Program-made: the position numbers and the translations under genes
Part shown: piece by piece, positions 26,765-36,721 of the stretch
How positions within the stretch are numbered: the stretch's first letter is position 1
Layout of the letters: every line of letters begins with the position of its first letter
The notes under the pieces: model-generated
The model's database searches: none
What the model saw: only the letters and a program-made list of their open reading frames with translations
What the model was told of the DNA's origin: nothing
Virus record (IMG/VR): IMGVR_UViG_2894272399_000002
Location: 1 to 64,000 of that record
Direction: 5' to 3' (one strand)
From: a virus
Lineage: Duplodnaviria; Caudoviricetes
Length of the DNA stretch: 64,000 bases

Positions 26765-29341
26765 ATGAAGGGCATATTTCGTTTACTTCTCTTACTGATA
26801 TCGCTGCCTGCGCTGAGCCAGTCGACAATCACAGTGCCTTCTTCGGGTACGGTCGCGACCGAGGCATGGGTAAAAGAATACTTCTTCGAGCAGCTTGAAA
26901 AGTATGCAATCTCTGATTGTGACCTCAAAGCTGTCGACGTTACTCATGACGGTACGTCGCTTGAATTTGGACTGTCGGGCACACCTCCGGATCTGAACAA
27001 TTATTCCGTCCGAATCACCAAAGGCTCGCAGATCTGGTATTGGAATGATATCCCATATGTTGCAGGTGAACGACTAAGGATCGAAAACGTACCAAGCATT
27101 GATTCAGCTAGGGTAACGATCCGCCCGGTCATTCGACCTACCTGTTACTATTCTTTTGGTTATAATCTTGGAGGGGGTGAAAATCCGGATCCCGGGGAAG
27201 ATACGACTGTCGTCACTCCTGTTTGTCAGGCTGGCCCGACGATCCTGTCTGTATATAATGTAACAGCATCAGGTCTTACTACCCAGTTTCACGGTAACGG
27301 CGTAACCCTTTTACAATATAAGGTAAAAGATGGTACCGGTGCGACCATACGCACAGGTCAGATAGCGCCATCTTCTTCCATTCTGAATATTGGTTTCTCT
27401 TCTGACATTACGGCCGGAAGCTACACGCTCAGGCTTGAAGGTGTTTCCTGTATTGGATTTAGTGAAAAACAGTTTACCCTTGAAGTTGGCGGTGGTGGGC
27501 CGCCCCCTTCCGGTAATGTCGTAGCCAAACAGGTAACCAAAGGTCTGCCCGAACACATGAACCTGGTGATTACCGGGACAGGTGCAGACAAGAAGATCAC
27601 AGACCTTGCCACAATCACTCCTCCCGACGGATACGAATTCCGTTATTTTATCAACGACCAAGTTGTTAAGCAGTCGACAAGGCTTATCAACTACCCCTGG
27701 CCTTCCGAAGTCCCTCTTGCAGTCTACAAGTTCCAGATCCGGCCAGATGTAAACAGCATTTATACATGGGGTTACGATGAAGGCTGGAAAGACCCGAACG
27801 CGGGACGGACATTCAGCTACAATACAACTTGCGCTTTTGCCACGTTCGTTTTCGACGACGAAGCATCAGGATATAATTCTTCCAAGCGGGTTCCGCAATG
27901 GATGGATTACCTGCCCGATATGCCCGCAACAGACGGGAAGATCTGGGTTATGCCAAAAGGCCCGATCAACACGATCGATCAGCTCACCTCAAAGGGAGTA
28001 ACCAACTTTTCAAACTACGAGATTGCCAGTCTTTCAAGTGCGGAGATTAACGCGCTTGCGAATGCAGGGAGGACGTACGACGAAGTACCTCAAACTCAAA
28101 GCCAATTAAGCCTACCTGATCGCGGTGCTGGTCAATGGAAACCTGACGGTGTTGGTTGGCCTGGCAACTGGAATACAAGGTTCTTCGATTACACGCCAGG
28201 TCAAAGCGAACCTCTTACCAATGAACAAGGGGCAGCCAAAGGCAATCAATACTCCGTCACCCATAGGCTTGTTGTATTTGAAAACAGCGAGCAGGATCAC
28301 GCGATTGGTACTCAGTGGAGCTTCTGGAAACCTTACTACCAAAACTATACTGCCCGGCATAACTCAAGATTTCCGGGAACGGCACGGGTTGCACATAATT
28401 ACTTCACCGGCCCCATCAATCAATATCCTGACGGTTCATCCTGGGATAGCAAGAAAGCGGCTTACGGCTCAAATCCTTCTGTATTAGGATATGCGAACAG
28501 GTTACAGACAAAGAACTTACTGATTGCTCCGGTTTCAGATTGGCCTCCTTCCAATATGCTTCCGGGCAACAATATGGAGGATGTCAATTCTGCATGCTAC
28601 GGGTTGTACTTTAATGATATCGGCGATACGCCCAACAATCCTTACCGGATGATCTATAAGGCGCATTTAACCCACAAGGTCAATAAATACCTGTTGGGAT
28701 TCATGCAGACCTTTTACGAGTGGAACCCTAACAACCTGCAAGAAACCGTCTTTCCGGAAGGCAAATTCTATAAGTATGTGAAGATGCCGCATAGCCCGGC
28801 GCAGGTCATTACATACGCCTTTATCAGCCGCGTATTCCTGGATGGATTTATCCCCTTTACCGCCGCCTCGAAAACAGACGGAAATTTCCGCTACGACAAA
28901 CAATGGTGGGGAAATAGCCTCTGGTATCCCAACGGAGCCACAAGCCCACAGAATAACGATTCATTCCCATACTGGAAACAGCCGGGACAAAACGAAGCCT
29001 TTGCAACGTCAGGCTTTGAGGATGCGGTGGGGATCGGGATGTATGAATACTACAAAACATTCATGCAGACGGCTGGCGGGACTCGTCAATTCCTCCGGTA
29101 CCGATTAGATGGCGGGGCATGGGTTGAAGCACAAAACAACAATCTATATGATGTTGTCGATGCTTTCTACGACAAAAGGGCAATCGTTTTCAGTGAGGTC
29201 AAAGCCGGAAAACTGGCGGTTATGTACCTGAACCCCTATGCTGACGGAGCAGTCCGGAATCTTGAATACCAATACAATGGAGTCACTTATTCAATGCCTG
29301 TCGCCTCGGTGATGGTGCATGCTAAACTGCATAATTTATGA
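26765..29341 (+). CDS. Large secreted protein (Ig-like domains plus unknown C-terminal domain)
   Basis: Signal peptide ALS|Q; ATEAWVKEY; CQAGPTI...GSYTLRLEGVSC. Confidence 0.8.
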   Translation: MKGIFRLLLLLISLPALSQSTITVPSSGTVATEAWVKEYFFEQLEKYAISDCDLKAVDVTHDGTSLEFGLSGTPPDLNNYSVRITKGSQIWYWNDIPYVAGERLRIENVPSIDSARVTIRPVIRPTCYYSFGYNLGGGENPDPGEDTTVVTPVCQAGPTILSVYNVTASGLTTQFHGNGVTLLQYKVKDGTGATIRTGQIAPSSSILNIGFSSDITAGSYTLRLEGVSCIGFSEKQFTLEVGGGGPPPSGNVVAKQVTKGLPEHMNLVITGTGADKKITDLATITPPDGYEFRYFINDQVVKQSTRLINYPWPSEVPLAVYKFQIRPDVNSIYTWGYDEGWKDPNAGRTFSYNTTCAFATFVFDDEASGYNSSKRVPQWMDYLPDMPATDGKIWVMPKGPINTIDQLTSKGVTNFSNYEIASLSSAEINALANAGRTYDEVPQTQSQLSLPDRGAGQWKPDGVGWPGNWNTRFFDYTPGQSEPLTNEQGAAKGNQYSVTHRLVVFENSEQDHAIGTQWSFWKPYYQNYTARHNSRFPGTARVAHNYFTGPINQYPDGSSWDSKKAAYGSNPSVLGYANRLQTKNLLIAPVSDWPPSNMLPGNNMEDVNSACYGLYFNDIGDTPNNPYRMIYKAHLTHKVNKYLLGFMQTFYEWNPNNLQETVFPEGKFYKYVKMPHSPAQVITYAFISRVFLDGFIPFTAASKTDGNFRYDKQWWGNSLWYPNGATSPQNNDSFPYWKQPGQNEAFATSGFEDAVGIGMYEYYKTFMQTAGGTRQFLRYRLDGGAWVEAQNNNLYDVVDAFYDKRAIVFSEVKAGKLAVMYLNPYADGAVRNLEYQYNGVTYSMPVASVMVHAKLHNL

Positions 29342-29601
29342 AAATTGGATTCAAAATTGAAGCGGCAGATACAAATCGTATGAATCCTTGGAATGGACAT
29401 AAGCACACGGATGGATGTTGGTGTCGATTAACGTACGGTTTTTGGACGGTGGATGCTGGTCGGTACTCACTGATTGATTTTGTTCTACTCTCTGAAATGC
29501 CAAGACGCAAGTTCCACTTTTCCAATACAGTGTTCTTTTCACATCGCTACATAAGGTTGAAAATTGGAAAAATATTCATCGAGATCTCATTACCAGTATG
29601 A
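29338..29601 (+). CDS. Hypothetical protein
   Basis: Start and stop overlap the flanking ORFs. Confidence 0.45.
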   Translation: MKIGFKIEAADTNRMNPWNGHKHTDGCWCRLTYGFWTVDAGRYSLIDFVLLSEMPRRKFHFSNTVFFSHRYIRLKIGKIFIEISLPV

Positions 29602-29726
29602 CTAAAATCGAAAAAGCAATCCTCCTTGGACTTGTAGCGATCACAGCAGCCGGTATGCTGACACTTTGCTACGGAGCTTATCAAAACCAAAAAAACAGAG
29701 AAACGCATGAAGAACCCTGGGGTTAA
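29598..29726 (+). CDS. Small single-TM protein (42 aa, not in ORF track)
   Basis: MTKIEKAILLGLVAITAAGMLTLCYG...; ATGA overlap with the previous stop. Confidence 0.45.
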   Translation: MTKIEKAILLGLVAITAAGMLTLCYGAYQNQKNRETHEEPWG

Positions 29727-29935
29727 GAAAGCAACCAGTAAGCCCTGCCAGAGTTGCAAGATAAAATGTGCAAGGCCAAGGGATCCGAGGCGACCAAAGA
29801 AAGAAGATAACGAATTACCATAGTTCTTATTGTGCGGTTAATGGTGAGCAAAAGGTGTCGGAAGGTTTTCTGACATCTTTTTAAAAGACCAAAACCCCGA
29901 TCAAGAAGTAAGAATACCAAAGTACACACACGATA

Positions 29936-32002
29936 ATGAGATTCAAACACACACTATTATCCTTATTGCTTTCATTCTCCTGCTTTGCTCAGGTAGATCT
30001 GCATATCCCAAACGCTGGCAACGCAGCTACAAGGGAGTGGGTAAAGGTGTATTTGGATGAGTGGCTTACCCGCGTGCCCCCACCGGTTATCAATCCTCCC
30101 GCCGACACTGCGAGCGGGCTTCCTGCATGCACATCCGGGCCGATTATCAATTCAGTAAGCAATGTCACGAAGACGAGCCTCAAAGCTTCTCTTTCCTTCA
30201 CGGGCGTCACGAGCCTTAACTGGGCAATCTATAAATCTTCGGCGCCTGGTTTGATTTTAAAATCCGGCAACATCTCGCCACTGAACGGTACAAACAATAT
30301 TAATTGGGTGGGTGACCTCGTTCCGGGCGAACATGTATTGAAAGTTTACGGTGTCAATTGCACAGGTGGTTCGACTTCCAATTTCATTTTAAGCTCAACT
30401 CCTACCCCTCTGCCTTGTACTGCTGGGCCGGTTATTCTGAACCTATTCAATGCAACTAGAACTGGATTAATCTTTGAATGGTCGGGGCTCAATGTCCCTG
30501 AAATTGTTTGGACAATCAAGCAGGGGGCGACCACAATCCGGTCAGGTTCGTTTGTGACTTCCGGAGCGCAGACTATCAATATCAGCTACACGCAGCTTGG
30601 GTTTGGAACGTACGACCTGCAGTTGAACGGGCTTACCTGCCCTACCCAGACAGCAGCAAGGTCATTTACGCTGATTGACAACACTCCTACCCCAACAACG
30701 GCAAGAGCATTTTATCTGAACCTGACAGGTTACGGATGGGATCAGGAAGACCCTACTGGCATTCGAGTTGACAATCGAAACATGATTGACGCCTTTGTCA
30801 ACATGAATTACCAGGGAACCAACTTTAAAGGGATTCAGGGCCTTCGCATAAACATCAAATGGTACGAGTACGAGCCATCAGAAGGAAACTTTCAGGACTC
30901 CCGGTTGCTGGCAATATTGAACTGGTGCAAATCCCGTGGAATTAAACTTTCGGTAGCTCTCATTCCATGGAGACGCGAGGGAGATAACATGATCCCAAAT
31001 GGACACAAATCAACGCTGATCAATGACCGTATCTGGTATGCAGAAGGTTCGTTGCAAGATTTGACCACCTACAAAACCTATCAACCAAGCACCCAGAGCC
31101 CTATTGGACGGGAGAAGTTCAGACGCGTCGCACGGCACATGGCCCAAACGCTAAATCAGTTCCCTAATGATGTCGACTACATCTCCACGGCAACCGCGCT
31201 TACGGAAGAGTATCAGTTGATCCGCGATGAAAGCCCTATGCTGATGACTGGATACAGCCAGATCGATAAGGAAGCTTGGAACACGTTCGCGGGAGGACTG
31301 CCTGTCCCATATCCTGCTAGTTACTCGGATGTTTCAAGCATCGAATCAATGATGTCGACTAGTAACGGTCGAAAATGGTACGAATTCCAGACAAAAGGGC
31401 TCAAAGATTTTCATGCTGAATTCGTCGCAGGCGTCAAAGAAGGTGGACTCAGGGCTTGCGGAATGTATGCTGGTGCAGGGGCCCCTTCCGCTGTTTATGA
31501 TTTCACTTACAAGCTCAACGAGATATACAGCGCCGGGCAACCCAATCAGCCGAACATCATCTATTCATCCGAAGGTGATGCCGGTAGCCAAGGAAGCAAG
31601 CTCATGGCAACTGACCTGAACATGGGCACATTCCCAGCGTCGAACTATGCAATTGAATTTGACCCAGAAGACATCGCTGCGAATCAGGTGCACAATCCGC
31701 CCTACGGAATCGATTTGAACGGGAACCTCCTTTATCAATATGCATCATCATTTTTCCGGAGAGGTGGCAACATCGTTCATTTCGCAATGTCTTTCGCCCC
31801 GAACAAGCTTCATCAGATTTATGAGGCAATGTTCAATCTGCGAAACCAATTCATCGACACTAACTCGGGAATGACCGGAATTGATCAAGGAACACCATTC
31901 AACTTCCCGATCACAAATTATACAGGAATGCAAGGATATCGCGGACAATGGTCGGCAAACGGAGGCGGGTTGAACAAACAAGTCAAATTCACATTGCAAT
32001 GA
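29936..32002 (+). CDS. Secreted protein with two Ig-like repeats and a TIM-barrel glycoside hydrolase-like domain
   Basis: Signal peptide CFA|Q; ATREWVKVY; KWYEYEPSEGNF resembles the W..EP.EG.F motif of GH42/GH35-like enzymes. Confidence 0.75.
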   Translation: MRFKHTLLSLLLSFSCFAQVDLHIPNAGNAATREWVKVYLDEWLTRVPPPVINPPADTASGLPACTSGPIINSVSNVTKTSLKASLSFTGVTSLNWAIYKSSAPGLILKSGNISPLNGTNNINWVGDLVPGEHVLKVYGVNCTGGSTSNFILSSTPTPLPCTAGPVILNLFNATRTGLIFEWSGLNVPEIVWTIKQGATTIRSGSFVTSGAQTINISYTQLGFGTYDLQLNGLTCPTQTAARSFTLIDNTPTPTTARAFYLNLTGYGWDQEDPTGIRVDNRNMIDAFVNMNYQGTNFKGIQGLRINIKWYEYEPSEGNFQDSRLLAILNWCKSRGIKLSVALIPWRREGDNMIPNGHKSTLINDRIWYAEGSLQDLTTYKTYQPSTQSPIGREKFRRVARHMAQTLNQFPNDVDYISTATALTEEYQLIRDESPMLMTGYSQIDKEAWNTFAGGLPVPYPASYSDVSSIESMMSTSNGRKWYEFQTKGLKDFHAEFVAGVKEGGLRACGMYAGAGAPSAVYDFTYKLNEIYSAGQPNQPNIIYSSEGDAGSQGSKLMATDLNMGTFPASNYAIEFDPEDIAANQVHNPPYGIDLNGNLLYQYASSFFRRGGNIVHFAMSFAPNKLHQIYEAMFNLRNQFIDTNSGMTGIDQGTPFNFPITNYTGMQGYRGQWSANGGGLNKQVKFTLQ

Positions 32003-32039
32003 CTTCCCTTCCACACATGAACATTTTAAAAGAAGACCA

Positions 32040-32366
32040 ATGGAAGAATTATTAAGGAACCTGGGGGTTAAGGCCGAAAATATGCTCATGTCATTTTTTG
32101 CCGCCACCATATTTGTGATTATCAGGATCTACGAGCCCGAAGTGCCCCTATCCCGAAGAAAGGTGATATACGTGATCACTTCCGGAGCGGCTACGGCTTT
32201 GTTAGTCCCTGGCTTAGTGGTGTATTGGTTTAAAGTCGATAATGCATTCATGGCCGGGTTTGCTACCGCCGTGGTAGTGCTCTCATTCGAGTTTATCGTG
32301 CAGATAATTAGGGAAAAAGTAATCAGAAAGCTAAAAGACAAAGATGATGGAACTACAATTCATTGA
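32040..32366 (+). CDS. Holin-like membrane protein
   Basis: 108 aa, three TM segments, charged C-terminus, upstream of the endolysin. Confidence 0.65.
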   Translation: MEELLRNLGVKAENMLMSFFAATIFVIIRIYEPEVPLSRRKVIYVITSGAATALLVPGLVVYWFKVDNAFMAGFATAVVVLSFEFIVQIIREKVIRKLKDKDDGTTIH

Positions 32367-32685
32367 ATGGATCGTAAAGGGAGTAACTGTGTTGCTTTGC
32401 GGCGGAGTCCTTGCTATTACGCTCATATCGCACAACACATTAAAGACGAAGAACCGGGATGCAGTGAAAGAGCAAATCCGTCGGTCTAACGGAGATACCC
32501 TGGGAGGTAAGATATTTTTTTACTGCATCATCCTGTTTTGCCTGAATGGGTTCTATTGGGGGTTGACGGTGTTTACGCAAGGCTTTTTAACTGCTGCGAT
32601 TGTAGCCGAAAGACTTATCACTTACAGGATTTGCAGAGCAAACAAGGACGGGTTAGGGCGGTTTTTGGCTCGTATTGATTGGTAA
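32344..32685 (+). CDS. Second lysis-associated membrane protein
   Basis: Two or three TM segments between holin and endolysin. Confidence 0.55.
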   Translation: MMELQFIEWIVKGVTVLLCGGVLAITLISHNTLKTKNRDAVKEQIRRSNGDTLGGKIFFYCIILFCLNGFYWGLTVFTQGFLTAAIVAERLITYRICRANKDGLGRFLARIDW

Positions 32686-33128
32686 TGAAGACACAAAAGC
32701 AGTTAATCGAGAAGTTCGGCAACCCGGCGGTAGATAACATCACATTTGAAAGAAAATGGATGACATTATGGCATGTTCCGGAAGCTATCGGTGATCATAT
32801 TCCGGCTATTCCTGGTAAGATATACCTCAATAATCTGATCAAAGAACGCCTTGAAACGACTTTGTTCGCATTGATAGAAGCTGACCTTCATTCGGAGATT
32901 AAAACATTTGACGGCTGCTTCAACATACGCAAGAAACGGGGACTAGAAACACTTTCCTTACACGCCTTTGGGATAGCAGTAGATCTTAACGCGGCCTGGA
33001 ACCAATTAGGCAAGCCAAGTACCTGGAGTAATGATTTTATTGAAGTATGGCGGCGCAATGGATGGGAATGTGGCGCAGACTGGAAGGGACGGATTGATGC
33101 AATGCACTTCCAATGGGATAATTTTTAA
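32679..33128 (+). CDS. Endolysin, M15 metallopeptidase
   Basis: R...LSLHAFGIAVDLN (SxHxxGxAxD) and DAMHFQ. Confidence 0.88.
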   Translation: MVMKTQKQLIEKFGNPAVDNITFERKWMTLWHVPEAIGDHIPAIPGKIYLNNLIKERLETTLFALIEADLHSEIKTFDGCFNIRKKRGLETLSLHAFGIAVDLNAAWNQLGKPSTWSNDFIEVWRRNGWECGADWKGRIDAMHFQWDNF

Positions 33129-33134
33129 CACACT

Positions 33135-34196
33135 ATGAATAAGGTTAAACACGCTTTTTGCTTCCCTGGTGGTGGTTTTAAAGGGGCCACGCAAGTAGGC
33201 TTTCTGAAAGCTGCCATAGAGCACAATATCCATGCAGACATTATCAGCGGCACTTCCGTCGGAACGCTGGTAGGAGCTTTTGCGGCTATGCGCAAGTACA
33301 ATTTACTTTTCGACCTATGGGATCATGTAGGTAAAACGAATGGTTCTATCATCACAAAAACCTATCTGGCTGAGCTTCGTGACGGAGGTGTTTATCCAAA
33401 CATCGACCAGATTAAAGACATTCTTACAAATGGGATTGGCTTCAAAGACAAGATCGGGTTAATCACCAAAAAAGGCCAGCAGAAGTTTATCCAGAAAGTA
33501 ATCGAGAACGGTAAATCCATCGATAAAATCATGGACAACAGCCCGCTCTTCGACTTACTGACACAACACGTATTCAAAAAAGACTTTCAGGCTGACTTCC
33601 ATTTCACGCTGGTGAGCCTTTATGACGGGAAGTTGTACAAGGTCAATCAAAACAGCTTTGCCGATGATCATAACCTTCGTCTTGGCATGCTGGCAAGTAC
33701 CGCAATGCCCGGAGTATGGGCTCCGATTCCATGGATCAGGTTAGCCGACGGAACATTTATCCGGGACGCGGTGGACGGTGGACTCAGAATGTCCAGCCCG
33801 CTTCCGCTGATTATGTCAAAGCTCACAAAAGGAAATCCATGGAAGGTTTACACTCCGAACGCAAATAGTATCTATCAGTCAATCAATGATCAGAAAAAGA
33901 ATCTGGTCACCCAGGCGGCTTCTGCTATTGATATACTTCTCAATGAGGGGCTTCAACGGGATATCAAAATGACCGAGAAGATCAACGAATGGGCTTTGAA
34001 GTATCCGGAATGGGCAGAGAAGGAAGGGATTGTATATGCCGAGCTCTTCAACATCGAAGTGCCGCTCAACGAGAGAGGCGAAAGTTTGCTCGGTCGAACA
34101 CTTGACCCGCGGGCAGAATGGATTGAAAAGCGGATCCAGATCGGGTACGAAAGCGCGACTAAGATTTTCCAAAACCTTTCAACTCAGGCGGCATAA
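33135..34196 (+). CDS. Patatin-like phospholipase
   Basis: GGGFKG, GTSVG (GxSxG) and DGG motifs. Confidence 0.9.
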   Translation: MNKVKHAFCFPGGGFKGATQVGFLKAAIEHNIHADIISGTSVGTLVGAFAAMRKYNLLFDLWDHVGKTNGSIITKTYLAELRDGGVYPNIDQIKDILTNGIGFKDKIGLITKKGQQKFIQKVIENGKSIDKIMDNSPLFDLLTQHVFKKDFQADFHFTLVSLYDGKLYKVNQNSFADDHNLRLGMLASTAMPGVWAPIPWIRLADGTFIRDAVDGGLRMSSPLPLIMSKLTKGNPWKVYTPNANSIYQSINDQKKNLVTQAASAIDILLNEGLQRDIKMTEKINEWALKYPEWAEKEGIVYAELFNIEVPLNERGESLLGRTLDPRAEWIEKRIQIGYESATKIFQNLSTQAA

Positions 34197-34486
34197 TGGG
34201 CATTTTAATAGGCATGGGCAACATCAACACAGGGTCATTTAAAGCGATGATCAATTCTATGCTTGGCATCCCATCAGGGATTACGAAGGCCCAGCTTCGC
34301 TCGACCGATATGGATACATCGAGTATTGTCTCTGTGACTGACATCGGTGATAATTCGGTTGCGATCTTTCTGCCTGACGACACGGAAAGCGAAGACGACG
34401 GAGAAACAATATTGGTCGACTCGGTAGGCAAACGATTTGAAATTAAGCCCTTAAAAGACGTAGTACTTAATTCCCCGTATCAATAA
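34196..34486 (+). CDS. Small protein resembling a tailspike N-terminal domain
   Basis: DDTESEDDGETILV...GKRF, similar to DTTSPDDSAMVI...RRYKR in the next gene. Confidence 0.55.
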   Translation: MGILIGMGNINTGSFKAMINSMLGIPSGITKAQLRSTDMDTSSIVSVTDIGDNSVAIFLPDDTESEDDGETILVDSVGKRFEIKPLKDVVLNSPYQ

Positions 34487-34494
34487 ACACACTA

Positions 34495-36675
34495 ATGAAA
34501 AAGACACTCACACTATTTTGTTTTTTACTGAATAGCCTTTCCGCTTTCTCTCAAACAACACCCGAGGCGAAAGCAAAAGCTTCGATTGCCAAGATATCAG
34601 ACAACACAATCAAGGCTATAAAGCCATCTGACTTCAGGAATGCATACACCGACATCCTGAACTTGGCTATTTCCCGGGCACCCTTTCTTTCAATGAAAGA
34701 TCTCCGCCTGGGCAAAGCTGATACCGCCCGGGTAGTATTGATCAATGAAGGCGGAAGATCAGGACAGTTCATTTATGACCCAACGGACACCACAAGCCCT
34801 GACGATTCAGCAATGGTGATCAGGTATGGCGCAAGAAGGTATAAACGCCCATTACAGGAGTATGTGACACCTCTGTCATTCGGCGCTGTTGGGGATAGCG
34901 CCACTGATGACGCATCGGCAGTCCGCAAAGCCGCGGCATTTGCCACTGCCAAGAAACGCACATTGCTCATTGAAGCAGGATATGTGTTTACCCTTAATTC
35001 GACTGTGCTTTTTGGTTGCAATGTCGATGGTTACGGCACAATAAAAACTCGTAACAGCGCGTCATTTACAGCGAATGCAAGTAATATGACAATTAAAAAT
35101 ATTACGATAACGGGTAAACACGCTAACGTAATCGCGGGCCGTGGCTTGTACATCAGTTACGCTTCAAATGTGGTCGTTGACAATGTCAAGGCAGTCAGCA
35201 CCATCAGTCAGGGCATATATTTTCTTGGGGGCGTAAATATTAAAGCTGTCAATTGCCGAACAGCAGAGCAGAGAGGGGAGTATGGTGATGGGATTTATTT
35301 TGGCGCTGCCACGAACCCGTCCGCTGCAAACTGTTTCGTTCGTGATTTTCAACGCGTAGGGATTGTTTTTGAACAAGGCTGCACCAGTGCTATTGCGATA
35401 GGCAACACTGTCAAAGATAGCTATCCCGCATGGTCTTCACAGTTCAATGGGGGGATATGGGGTGAGAAAATCAAGGGAGCGATATTCGCAAACAACTACA
35501 TTGAAAATGTAAGGGATAAATCGCTTACCCTCTCACCGAACTCAACCACTACTGCCGGCAAAACTTATAGTTATATCGTTTCCGGAAATACAATGGTCAA
35601 GAGCGCCGAAGGATTTGGGTTTGCCTTTTCAGAGGACCAGATTTTAAATTACAGTGACAACACAACGATCGATGTTCGACGGGGAACAGAAATTGGCCCT
35701 TGCCTTGAAGCCACGCTTTCCAACTCCACATTTGCTCTGAGAGATTCATCAGCGAGCTGGTTTTCTGAGCTAGTCCGGTTTGTCCCGATCACTACAACCG
35801 GCAAAAAGACGAAGCTGACCATAGACAACTGTAAGAATTATATTAATGGAGGTGCCGCAGTTTTAATTACAAACGTTGCAGCCCACAAAGGCGATTTGAC
35901 AGTTCAGAATTGCCGAACCGGAAACTGGGCTTTCCTGCAACAGCCGGTAACACTTGAAGGAGACGTCAATTTCTTCAATTCGAATGCAGACTTTACAGTA
36001 CTCGGCAGTACTCAGCGATATTTGACGAACAGTATAAATGCCACCTTCCGGGAAAGCAATTTAAAAATAGACAAAACCAACACTCTCTTGTTGCAGGGGG
36101 CAAAAGTTGAGTTCATCAACTGCAATATTACAGCTGATTCGACCAGTCAAATACAATTTGGAGTGTTTGGAGCGGAAAACGTTCGGTTCGAAAGTTGCAA
36201 AATTGATAAAGTGAAGCTTTACAATATACGCAAGAACGTTACAAAGCTGTACTTGATCAATAACGAGTTCACAGACTACCAGTCCGAAGGGATTTTTAAT
36301 ACAGTCGTCGTATCACTCAACACCCTGGACGTGCGAGGCAACAAGTTCAGCAGCACACTAACGACCAACGCCCCGATCCAGCTTTTCAACGGCGCAGTAA
36401 ACACAGCCTTTGGAATCAATTCATTCACGAGCTCCACCTTGGTGACTCAGTTTTCTCCGAAATATGATTTCGCGGCCAGGTTGACGAATACATCCACTAG
36501 TGTCCCGAACAAAACATCGTTGAATACATCTTATGGGGGATATAAAGGCGGAACAAAGGTTGTTTATCGATTCATTTCGACCGGCGCAAGAAGCTATGAA
36601 AAAAACGACGATTCGGCGACGTCAGATTGGGAGGAAACCATCTATTCAACAGGCATAAAAAGCTTTTTGCCTTAG
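34495..36675 (+). CDS. Tailspike-like parallel beta-helix protein with signal peptide
   Basis: Signal AFS|Q; VTPLSFGAVGD..TDD pectate-lyase-3-type start; GDGIYF beta-helix repeats. Confidence 0.85.
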   Translation: MKKTLTLFCFLLNSLSAFSQTTPEAKAKASIAKISDNTIKAIKPSDFRNAYTDILNLAISRAPFLSMKDLRLGKADTARVVLINEGGRSGQFIYDPTDTTSPDDSAMVIRYGARRYKRPLQEYVTPLSFGAVGDSATDDASAVRKAAAFATAKKRTLLIEAGYVFTLNSTVLFGCNVDGYGTIKTRNSASFTANASNMTIKNITITGKHANVIAGRGLYISYASNVVVDNVKAVSTISQGIYFLGGVNIKAVNCRTAEQRGEYGDGIYFGAATNPSAANCFVRDFQRVGIVFEQGCTSAIAIGNTVKDSYPAWSSQFNGGIWGEKIKGAIFANNYIENVRDKSLTLSPNSTTTAGKTYSYIVSGNTMVKSAEGFGFAFSEDQILNYSDNTTIDVRRGTEIGPCLEATLSNSTFALRDSSASWFSELVRFVPITTTGKKTKLTIDNCKNYINGGAAVLITNVAAHKGDLTVQNCRTGNWAFLQQPVTLEGDVNFFNSNADFTVLGSTQRYLTNSINATFRESNLKIDKTNTLLLQGAKVEFINCNITADSTSQIQFGVFGAENVRFESCKIDKVKLYNIRKNVTKLYLINNEFTDYQSEGIFNTVVVSLNTLDVRGNKFSSTLTTNAPIQLFNGAVNTAFGINSFTSSTLVTQFSPKYDFAARLTNTSTSVPNKTSLNTSYGGYKGGTKVVYRFISTGARSYEKNDDSATSDWEETIYSTGIKSFLP

Positions 36676-36721
36676 GAATCGCAGTCGCTTAAAAAAGTAA
36701 CAAACACACACGCTATATAAA

